A stretch of 64,000 bases of DNA from Octopus sinensis (lineage: Eukaryota): the NCBI RefSeq assembly GCF_006345805.1, contig NC_043001.1, forward strand, positions 90,582,001 to 90,646,000. The letters are read 5' to 3'. Below the pieces are notes generated by a model that was not told the origin of the DNA, did no database searches, and worked only from the letters and a program-made list of their open reading frames with translations. The position numbers were made by a program, and so were the translations under genes. Below are positions 24,842-36,900 of this stretch, one piece after another (position 1 is the stretch's first letter; every line of letters begins with the position of its first letter).

Positions 24842-24875
24842 TATAAAAGGGGAGCATTTCACAGATTTCATCAGT
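24842..24875 (+). promoter_or_regulatory. Core promoter of Hc gene 1: TATAAAA and TCAGT initiator
   Basis: TATAAAA 24842-24848, TCAGT 24871-24875 at ~30 nt spacing; same arrangement in gene 2. Confidence 0.85.
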
Positions 24876-24916
24876 GTTGCCTTCAGCTGAAGTCTGAACA
24901 CTGACTTCAAGAAGTC

Positions 24917-24955
24917 ATGATGAAGATTCATTGCCTCTTTGCGATCGTCTTCGCC
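24917..24955 (+). CDS. Hc: Hc gene 1 exon 1, signal peptide part 1 (MMKIHCLFAIVFA)
   Basis: ATG 75 nt after TATA box, hydrophobic, followed by GTAAG donor; conserved in paralogue at 53556. Confidence 0.92.
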
Positions 24956-27900
24956 GTAAGTTAAACAGAGTTCTTTAATTTTCTATGCACTTATCGAAAC
25001 TAACATTTCTTTCTTAATATTTTGCACATTGAAGGGCAGCAAGCTGGCAGAATCGTTAGCATGCAGGGCGAAATGTTTAGCGGTATTTCATCTGCCGTTA
25101 CTTTGTGAGTTCAAATTCCGCCGAGGTCGACTTTGATTTTTATCCTTTCGAGGTCGATTAAATAAGTACCACTGGGCAATAAAGAAATGAATATTTTGTA
25201 CATTAAAAGCGGCGAGCTGGCAGAATCGTTTGCACTCTGGGCAAAATGCTTAGCGGCATTTCGTCCTTCTTTATATTCTGAGTTCGAATCACACGGAGGC
25301 TTATTTTGCCTTTCATCCTTTCGGCGTCGATAGAATAAGTACCAGTTCAACAGTGTGGTCGATGTAACCGACTTAACCGTTCTCTCGAAATTGCTGGCCT
25401 TGTGCCAAAATTTGAAACCAGTATTATTCTACTGTTAGGTAGCGAGCTGGCAGAATCACCACCGTACTTGACTAAATACTAAGCAGCTTTCTCAAATTTC
25501 GTCCGTCTTTACGTTCTGAGTTCAATTCTGCTCATGTCGACGTGCCCTTCCATCCTTTCAAGGTCGATAAAATAAGTACCAGCTAACCACTGAGGTCTAT
25601 CCAGTCTACTTGCCACCTGCCTTGAAATTGCTGGCCTTGTGCCAAAATTTAAAACCAATATTTTGCACACTGAAAGCAGCGAGCTGACAGAATCGTAAGC
25701 ACTCCAGGAAAATTGCTTAGCGGCAATTCGTCCGTCTTTACATTCGGAGTTCAATTGCTGGCCTTGTGCCGAAATTTGAAACCATTATTTTGCAGTCTTT
25801 GTTCTGAATTCAAATGCTGACGAGGTCGACATTGCCTTTCATTCTTTCTGGGGTCGATAAAACAAGTACTAGCTGATGTAATCGACTGCTCGCTGACCTC
25901 GAAATTGCTGACATCATGCCATAATTAGAAAGATTGGCAGAATCGTTAGAGCATTGGAAAACAGTGATTTGTGGTCTTAGGTATTTTTTACATTCTGAAT
26001 TCAAACCCCACCGAGGTCAACTTTCTCGTTAATCCTTTCGAGATCGATAAAATAATGTATTAGTCAAGAACTTGGGACTTGCTGTATTAAATAACATCCT
26101 CCATCTCCATTTCTGACCTTTTTCCTATTTTAGAAACCATTATTTTCCATGTTACAAATCTTTTAAATGGTAAACGTTAGAAATATAAATTTATACGTTT
26201 CTATTGCTTTATCTCAATTCATATTTGATACAACTTTTAAAATATCTTATTTGTTGACATAATTAAATTCTAATTTATAAATTTCTAATTTATTTCTAGT
26301 TCTTGCTATGCGGAAGTGCAGAAGGTAACCAATATTTCTATATTGCATATTTTAACATCGCAATAGCCAATTAGAAGATGGTTAAGTTAGTTTGCTTGAA
26401 TATAAATCTATGTACATCTGTTAAAGTAGACTACAGAAAGGGATTCTTTTCTTCAGCTGGTGTCTTGATAGGATCAGCTAATTCTGAATCTTTAACTGCT
26501 ATTTATTATTCGGAATCACATCGCTATTCACTCTCCAAATATGATATATAAAAAAGCACCTTTTGGAATATTCATTGCGTACATTTTGAAGTCATCTTTG
26601 CGGTTAAATCTTCAATGTTTGAACTACTCAGAGTCTTGTCTCACATTACTAGCATCGTTTTTTTCTTATCTGCTGAAAACCATCCAAAGAAATTCGCCAG
26701 CAAATTTGTAAAGCAAACGCTGGAACATTACGGACAATAAGAGTGAGCTGTGAGTACAAGTACAAAATACAAAATAGATCAATGTGAGCGAATCGAAAGG
26801 CACTCACCAATTTTTTTTTTTTTTTGTTCAGAATTATGATTTACAACAAAAGGGATTCGAGATACACTTGACAATGGAGAAAATTCACTATTTTATATAT
26901 ATATATTTAAAGATGTCCTAGCCTCTTATCACTTCCAGTATGGCAAATTTGTATGGAATCTCCCTCTCGATAATGTTGACTGTGATAATAAATATACATT
27001 TTAAACGACTACTCGAGCACCTGATTATTACGGCTATATTCTAGATTCTATTACAATATTTACATATTATACCCATACTAAAAATAAAAATATAAAGAAC
27101 TGCGCTGCATCACAAATGAATTGATGAGCCTGTCATCGTCTTGGTAACAAATTATTGAAGCACTCCTAATATAAATTAAATGTAAAATTCTTTGATCGTC
27201 TAGAGATCTCGTATACAAAACTTTTAATTAACAAAATAAGACATAATGCAATACAAATAATATTATTAATTCAAACTTCTTTCTATTTCAGGTAATTTAA
27301 TCCGTAAGAGTGTGGAAACACTAACAGAAGATGAAGTTCTCAATCTACAGGTAGCTCTTCGTGTCATGCAGGATGATGCATCCCCAACTGGTTTCCAAGC
27401 CATCGCAGCCTACCATGGTGAGCCAGCTGACTGTAAGGCACCAGATGGAAGTACTGTGGTCTGTTGCTTGCATGGTATGCCAACGTTCCCTCTTTGGCAT
27501 AGATTGTATCTTGTACAGTTTGAGCAAGCAATGGCCTCCCATGGTTCCACACTTGGTGTTCCTTACTGGGATTGGACTCAACCAGTGGATCATCTTCCTG
27601 AGCTCGTTAGCCATCCTCTTTTTATGGATCCCTCTTCTCACAAGGCTAAAAAGAACGTCTTCTACTCAGGCGATATCGCATTTGAGCAGAAGGTCACTGC
27701 TAGAGCCGTTGATACAAGATTGTTCCAATCTTCAAAGGGAGGAAAGAACTTCTTATTAGATGGTATTCTCTTAGCTTTAGAGCAAGAAGACTATTGCCAT
27801 TTCGAAGTTCAGTTTGAAGTTGCTCATAATCCAATCCACTATCTCGTTGGTGGTCGCTTTGCACATTCAATGTCTAGTTTGGAGTATACTTCATACGATC

Positions 27901-30900
27901 CACTCTTCTTCTTGCATCATTCGAACGTTGAACGTCTGTTTGTTATTTGGCAAGCTCTGCAGAAGCATAGAGGTCTTGACGGTAGTGCCAACTGTGGCTT
28001 GAACATGTTCCATAAGCCAATGGAACCGTTTGGTCGTGACACCAATCCTATTAGTCTTACTAAAGATCACGCCAAGGCTGTTGATTTGTTTGACTACAAC
28101 GAATTAGGATATGATTATGATGATCTTCACCTCAATGGAATGGACATTCCACAGCTAGATACGCTTATGAAAGAACACCAACAGCACCCGAGAGCATTTG
28201 CTAATTTCAGATTAGGAGGTATCAAGACCTCTGCCAACGTTCGAGTCGCAGTTTGTGTTCCAACCGATGACAAAAGACACAGCGATAACTGCAACAATCA
28301 TGTCGGTTCTTTCTTTATTCTTGGTGGTGTACATGAGATGACCTGGAACTTCGGTTATCCCTTCCTCTTTGAGATTACAGATGTTGTCAAATCTCTCGGT
28401 GTTCCTTTGGATGGCAACTATTACATTCATGCTGATGTTACTGCAATTAATGGCACTCTCTTACCCGATGGCACAATCCCAAGACCGACTGTCACATATA
28501 TTCCAGCTCATGACTTTAAAGATGGTAAGTAAAAATCATTTATATATTTAGAGAATTTTGAGAATTCTGTTTATATTGCCGTATAAACTGAATCTCCAAT
28601 TACGATCTAAACATAAAACTGAGTCACCAAATACCCATTGGGTTCATCGTCACACCTTAAAATATTTCCAAACGGGAGATTCTTTTCGGATAATACAACT
28701 ATATCGCATTTTAAATACAGAATAATTAAATCAGGGTCGTCAGAATAACATCCTTAGGATCTCTTGCTTAAATTTCAGACTTATTTTACAAATAACAGCT
28801 GCATTATGAAGTGTATATCTGTCGGTATAATATGGAACAATATATATCTTTTGTCATGGAGTTATATAGAAGTGTAGATAAAAAAAAACATCAAGTGTAG
28901 TATGCATAAATATAAATGATACTGTTTATGAATTCTTCAACTCATCAAATTTACGATTTCAGTTAAGCACAGTAAAATCATAATAGACATTAAAGTTAGA
29001 TTTATATAATTGTTACATTTACATCATAATATCATTGTAAACCATAAGTAACATAGAAATTTAAATATATTCGATTATAGAGTCTGCAAAGAAAGTAGAC
29101 ATATTGTAATCAGTAATGTTTTTGACATAATTGTGTTTTAATTTTATATCAAGAGAGATAATCTGAGTGTCGACAATATTTCAGGATTCACTCCATCTAT
29201 TGAAAGTTCAAATTCTTATACTCATTACTAATACATTTTTATTCTGGCAGATTTATTTTCTTAGAGCAAACTTTGTATTTTGTATTCTTCAATAGTTATC
29301 ACTTTGACTTTTTTATAGCTGATATGGCACCAGTAGATAAAACTGGTTTAACCGTCCGTAAAGATCTTCGCAGTTTAACGACAGAGGAAGAGCATGAACT
29401 GAGAATTGCCATGGAACGTTTCATGGATGATAAATCCATTGACGGTTACCAAGCCTTAGCTGAATTCCATGGTCTTCCAGCGAAATGTCCAGAACCTGAT
29501 GCTATCAACCGTGTTGCATGCTGTGTTCATGGAATGTCCACTTTCCCACACTGGCACAGACTTGTTGTCATGCAGTTTGAAGATGCTCTTATTGCCCGTG
29601 GATCCCAGATAGGTGTTCCTTATTGGGACTGGACGAAACCTAGCTCAGAATTGCCACCTATGGTTGCTGCTGAAACATATGAAGATCCTTACACAAAAGA
29701 AGTAAAACCAAATCCCTTCTTCCATGCACCAGTCGAGTTTTTGCACAATGATGTCTTTACTAAAAGAAGCGTTGATGCAAGGTTTGTAAATTTTATAATA
29801 TTCTAAATATTGTATCCTGAAATAGCTTCATTCAAACATTTAAGAATAAACCTCATTTTCCATCTTCTTTCGAAACACACTTTAATTAATAATTAGTAAT
29901 ACAGCGTTTCATCAACAATCACACAGAAACCTTTACGATATCTATAGCTACAAAGGTAACAGCTAGGGCCATATGACGTTTTCAAATTTGTAGATCACTT
30001 TGAACAAAACATTCCAATTGTATTATTGATGTTATTATTTAATACTGAATTTAAATGCTCCTATATCTTTGCGTCTCATTTCCTCATATTAAATAAATAC
30101 TATTAAGAAACTCATAAAAGATGACGCTAATTTCATTTTAAATATATGTTAAACTATTTACCGGCAAGATATATAAAGCCCTATATATGTTGTATGAGTT
30201 GTATTTTAGTTATTATTCGTATATGAATCTGTATAGATTTCATTACTTTCATATTTATGATCTGTTTTCATTCTAATTGATTAGATTGTTTGAGAAACCA
30301 ACAAAAGGACATCACGGATATCTCTATGACGGTATGATGTTAGCCTTCGAAGAAGAAGATTTCTGTGATTTCGAAGTACAGTTCGAAGTTACCCATAATG
30401 CAATTCATGCTTGGGTTGGTGGCAATGAACCTTATTCTATGTCGTCTTTGCATTACACGTCATTTGATCCCCTCTTCTGGCTACATCACTCACAAGTTGA
30501 TAGATTGTGGGCAGTATGGCAAGCATTGCAGATCCATCGTGGAAAACCCTACAAACCATACTGCGCTCTTTCAGAGGTCCATCGTCCTTTGAAACCATTT
30601 GCCTTTGAACCACCACTGAATAACAACAAACATACATATCGCCACGCAGTACCAACAGAGGTTTATGATTATCAGTCAGACCTTCATTACACTTATGATA
30701 CGCTCTTCTTCGGAGGAATGTCCGTTAGAGAGCTTCAGAGACATATCGAAGAAGACAAGGCTAAAGATCGTGTGTTCGTTGGCTTCCTTTTGATGGGTAT
30801 CAAAACATCAGCAAATGTTGACATCACTGTCGACAGTGCAGGTAACACATACAATGCTGGATCAATAACAATCCTTGGAGGCAGCAAAGAGATGGAATGG

Positions 30901-33900
30901 AGATTTGATCGACTTTACAAGTATGAAATTACTGGAGCACTAGCTGAACTTGGTGTAGATATGCGCGCTGATTATAGCATAACCTTACAAATTACCGATA
31001 TCAATGGAACAGCTCTTCCATCCACCGCAATTCCAGATCCAATTGTGATATTCACTCCAGGAAAAAGTAAGTGCTCTGAAATGTCTTCTCATTCTTGATT
31101 TATTCATAAAAATATATTCTAAATATCAAACTAGATATAAACTGTATTCACCACACTCACTCGTTTTTATTATAATTTGATTTTGTTAATAACATTCTCA
31201 TTGAAGTTAATTTTAATTTCATAAACATAACAGGTTCAAGAATCTCATGACGATTTTGTTTTGGATTTTTTTCAGAGGAATCAGACGTTGTCTTTGACGA
31301 ATTATATCGTTCCAGACGAGACGTTTCTTCATTGACCCATGCAGATATGAATACACTGAGGAAGGCTTTACAAGCTTACGAAGACGATAAAAGTCCCAAT
31401 GGATATCAGCAAGTAGCTGCTTTCCACGGTTCCACACAATGGTGTCCTAGCCCTGATGCTGCAGTCAAATATGCTTGCTGTCACCACGGAATGGCAACAT
31501 TCCCTCATTGGCATAGATTGCTGACAATCAACTTTGAAAACGGTCTGCGAAGAAATGGTTATCAAAATGGTATTCCTTACTGGGATTGGACTCGCCCGAT
31601 TTCGGAACTGCCTGCTCTGGTAAAAGAAGAAACATATCTTGATGAAAATGGGGAAGCTCACCCGAATCCATTCTTTAGTGGCGTTATTGATGAAGCTGGT
31701 GCTCAAACCACCCGAGCTCTTAATCCAGAGCTATTTGTTCAACCTCCTTTCGGAGAATTCACTCCCTTGGCAAATGAAGTTATGTACGCTTTAGAACAAG
31801 AAGACTTTTGTTCGTTCGAAGTACAATTCGAAATTGCTCATAATCACATCCATGCACTTGTTGGAGGTGGAGAACAGTATTCTATGTCATCACTTGAATA
31901 CACAGCCTACGATCCTCTTTTCATACTTCACCATTCAAATGTTGATAGAGTTTGGGCCATTTGGCAAGCTCTGCAAAAGTTCCGAGGACATCGATACAAC
32001 AGTGCTAACTGTGCTATTGAAACTCTACGTAAACCAATGTCTCCTTTTAGTCTCACCAGTGACATCAATGTTGATTCAATGACTCGAGAACATTCAGTTC
32101 CTTTTGATGTGTTTGATTACAAGAAGAATTTCCATTACGAATATGATGTTCTTGAATTGAATGGATTATCTATTCCAAAGTTACACAGAGAAATTAACAG
32201 ACGTCGTATGAAGGGTCGCGTTTTCGCTACTTTCATGCTCGAAGGTATTAAACAGTCTGCATTAGTTGAATACTATATCAGGGCTCATGGTGCTACTGAT
32301 CAGGTGAAAGCTGGAGAATTTTATGTTCTGGGTAGTGCTAACGAAATGCCTTGGAAATTTGACCGAGTTTACAAAGCTGATATCACGAAGCAGATGAAGG
32401 AAGCACATCTACATTATAACGACCAATATCACATCGAATATCACGTGAAAGACTTGGCTGGAGCTGAAATAGCCGATGTTAATCTTGAACCTGCAATTGT
32501 CTACGAACCAGGTCTTGGTAAGTATCCATTATTAAATGTAGAAGTAAAAAAAATTAATGATATAAGTTATTTTTCTCGAACGCTTATGTTTTATCATTAA
32601 TTCCTTATATTAAGAAAATATTAATATAACATACGAAATACAACAAAAACATTTAACTAATTCAGTTAACCAATTTTCTTATTTTCTACAGGTGATTTCG
32701 GCGAGGTGGGTGTATGGGTTGAACCTGTAACCAGTGCAAACCGAATTAGAAAGAATCTCAACAGTCTTACTACCGGCCATATCGAATCACTGAGAAATGC
32801 TTTCAAAGATATGAAAAATGATGGTAGATACGAAGAAATTGCCGCATTCCACGGATTGCCGGCTCAGTGTCCTAACAAAGATGGTAGTAAAGTATATACA
32901 TGTTGTATACATGGAATGCCAACTTTTCCACACTGGCATAGATTATATGTTGCTCTAGTAGAGAACGAATTATTAGCCAGAGGTTCCGGTGTAGCTGTAC
33001 CTTATTGGGATTGGATACAACCATTTGATCATCTTCCAGCTTTGGTCAATGAAGCCACTTACTACAATTCAAGAACGCTTCACATCGAACCAAATCCATT
33101 CTTTAAAGGAAAGATTTCTTTCTTAAATTCGGAAACCAATCGAGATCCACAACCTAAATTATTTGGTAACAAATACCTTTACGAACACACACTTTTCGTC
33201 TTGGAACAGACTGACTTCTGTGAGTTTGAAGTCCAGTTTGAAGTACTTCACAATACTATCCACTCGTGGCTCGGTGGCCGTGATCCTCACTCTATGTCGT
33301 CGCTGGATTTTACAGCTTATGATCCAATCTTCTTCCTTCATCATAGTAATATTGATAGGATATGGGCAATTTGGCAAGAATTACAACGTTACCGAAAGCT
33401 ACCTTACAATGAAGCTAATTGCGCATTGCCTCTGCTTAATGTACCTATGCGACCATTCAGTAACACTACTGCAAATCATGATCGGATTACACTCACTCAT
33501 AGCACTCCAAATGATGTCTTTGACTATCAAAATGTTTTACACTACAAATATGACACTTTGTCCTTCTTTGATCTCACTATTACCCAGTTGGAACATCTTA
33601 TTGAAGAGAGAAAGGCTCATGACAGGATTTTTGCTGGATTCTTGCTTCATGGTGTCAAAGCTTCGGCTGACGTACACATATACATTTGTGTACCTACTTC
33701 TAAGCATGAAGAAAACTGTGCTCACGAAGCTGGTGTCTTCTCTGTCTTGGGAGGAGAGTCCGAAATGCCATGGCAATTTGACCGTTCCTTCCGATATGAA
33801 ATAACAGATCAGCTGAAGTTGTTAGGTCTCAACCAAAACAGCCATTTCCGTGTTAAAACTGAAGTCATAGCTGTCAATGGATCATCAATCCATGCTAACA

Positions 33901-36900
33901 TTTTCCCAAATCCAACTATTATTTATGTTCCAAAACAAGGTAAGAGATATATTTTTTTTCTATTTTTATTCCATTTCCATTTTTATTCCAATCTCAAGCA
34001 CAGAATGCGACGGCCTATTGTTCTGATGGCATTTGCAGCTGTTTGAGTCAACAGAAAATTCATTATTCATCCAATAACCTAGCATAGTTTTTCTGAAGTG
34101 AAGAGCTTTTTCATGACTAAGATCATTACGAGCTAACGAGACACTTCTCAGTTTTTTCCCCTGTGATCTCTACTTACAGTTATGTATTATATGGCAGTTA
34201 GGCAGTTATTACTTGTTCCATTTGTTTTATGAAAGTTTTCGAGACTAAGTGACAAACAATAGCATACGGTCTCACTTTTCTATTTAAGGAGTAATCTGCA
34301 TATGTTAATCCTAATAATCTAATATGTTAATTCTACATAACAAGTAACAATAACTCTATTCCAATATCTTTTCAGGTCATTTAGCTGACTTCAAACATGA
34401 AGAAAGCAATGGAAATCTTGTACGAAAGAATGTTGAACGACTCTCTTTGTCTGAGATGAATTCATTGGTACATGCTCTCAAAAGAATGCAGAAAGACAAG
34501 TCATCTGACGGTTTTGAAGCAATCGCATCATTCCATGCTCTGCCTCCTCTTTGCCCAAATCCGACTGCCAAACATAGACACGCTTGTTGTCTTCATGGTA
34601 TGGCTACGTTCCCTCACTGGCACAGGCTCTTCGTCGTTCAGTTTGAACAAGCTTTACATAGACATGGAGCTACAGTTGGTGTTCCTTATTGGGATTGGAC
34701 CCGTCCTATTTCAGAGATTCCTGCTTTCATAGCCTCTGAGATGTATTCTGACCCTTTCACTAAGATAGAATCGCATAACCCATTTAATCATGGTCATATT
34801 TCTTTCATCAGTGAAGACACTATGACTAAACGTGAGGTCAGCGAATATTTGTACGAACATCCTGTATTGGGAAAACAGACATGGCTCTTTGATAACATCG
34901 CTTTAGCTTTGGAACAGACTGATTATTGTGATTTCGAAATACAATTAGAGATTGTTCACAATGCCATTCACTCTTGGATCGGTGGAAAAGAAGAACTTTC
35001 CTTGAACCATTTGCATTATGCAGCCTATGATCCATTATTTTTCCTACATCATTCTAATGTCGATAGATTGTGGGTTATTTGGCAAGAACTGCAGAAGCTA
35101 AGAGGTCTCAGTGCCTATGAATCCCATTGTGCTCTTGAGCTTATGAAAGTCCCATTGAAACCGTTCTCCTTCGGAGCCCCTTACAATTTGAATGCACACA
35201 CCACTAAATTGTCCAAACCTGAAGACATGTTTAGATACAAAGACAACTTCCATTATGAATACGACATCCTAGATACTAACAGTATGTCTATTGATCAGAT
35301 AGAGGCATATATCAGACACCAAAGAGAACACGATCGTGTTTTTGCTGGCTTTTTGTTGAGTGGATTTGGTTCATCAGCATATGCAACATTTGAGGTAAGT
35401 ATAGAGACAAATCTTATTATTTATCGAAAGAATTCTAAAACAATATCAGGTTTCTAAAATTATTTGCCAAAACCTTATTTCAAGAAGTGCATTAAAATAA
35501 ATTTTAGAGAATATAAAAGATTAAAGAAATTACTGAATACTGTAACACCTCCCTTTCTCAATTTTATATTTAGATTCCAATTTCGGATATCTAAAGTGTA
35601 ATATACAGGGTTGTCCAAAAGTAGGTGGACAATAAATTATAACATTTATTTTGAGATTACATATACAATTATATTTACTAATACAATTATTACATTGACA
35701 ATCAAATTTTATTGCGTACAATAATACAAAAGCGATTAAATTTTATCAACGCAGGCATTCAAACTTTTGTCTATCACAATTTACACAGCTTTGAAGTCTA
35801 TTTCTTACGTTTCGACAAACATTTTTGCACAAGTCTCTTTGTGTATTAGTTACTTGAGATGCATCTCTTATGTAAGTTTTCAAATAATTACTACTTCTTG
35901 GTTTTCGACTATAGACCTTGTCCTTGAGCACTTTCCCAAAAAAGAAATCAATTGGGGTCAAGTCAGGCGAATATCCCTGCCAATCAATTGGCCAGTCCAT
36001 TTCACAGGAAATGTTTCGTCAAGATACTCACAGACTTCTCTTGAATAGTGTGGAGAGGCCATATGTTGGAAATAAAGGTCATGTGAATTAGACTGTTGTT
36101 TTCACTGTGGAGCAACTTGATTCATTAGAATTTTGAGATACTTATCGCCTGTGACTGTTCCATCCAAAAATATGGATCCTAAAACACAAGAACTTGAAAT
36201 ACTACCCCAAACCGTGACACCAGACTGGTTTATATGTTGCTCTAATGTTAATTGCATATTCCCACAATACCAATAATTATAATTGAGTCTGTTAATTTGA
36301 CCGTATAATTTGAAAGAAGGTTCATCGGTCCGCACAATGTTACCTAAGATTATTGGATTTTCTTCAATACCATTCATCTTTATCTCACTACAATGCTGTC
36401 GCCTGTCTGGGTCATCCTCTAATATGCCATGAAATAACCGTGGACGATAAGCTTTCAGCCTAAAAGATTTCAGGATCCGAATAATAGAGGATCGTGAAAT
36501 GCTCAATTCCAAAGAGGTTCACCTGGTGAACTTTTTTAGACTGCGAACAAATGCTTCAGCGACAAGTTGCTTATGATCCTCTCTTCAGACTGTTTTGGGT
36601 CGACCAGTTTTTAGAGCATTAAGAATTGAGCCAGTAGCATCGAATTTCTCATGAATGCGTTAAATAGTTTGTCTCTGTGAAGCTTAAGTACTAAATGTTT
36701 CAACCCATTTTGTTAACGGTTTCAGCATTTCGAGATTTCCAATACTCTTTTAACACCCATTTTCTTTCATCAGTATTTAAATTATTTGCCATTACGAGTT
36801 CTATGAATTATATTTAAAAAAAAACAGATTAATTTAGTTAAATTTAGTTATAAAATATAAAGAATATATTACAGAAATAACATTGTTATAACCGATACAC

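Noticed and set aside
24855-24880. Minus-strand CTGATGA...GAAA at the Hc transcription start
   Set aside because: No stem II or III pairing; explained by the TCAGT initiator context
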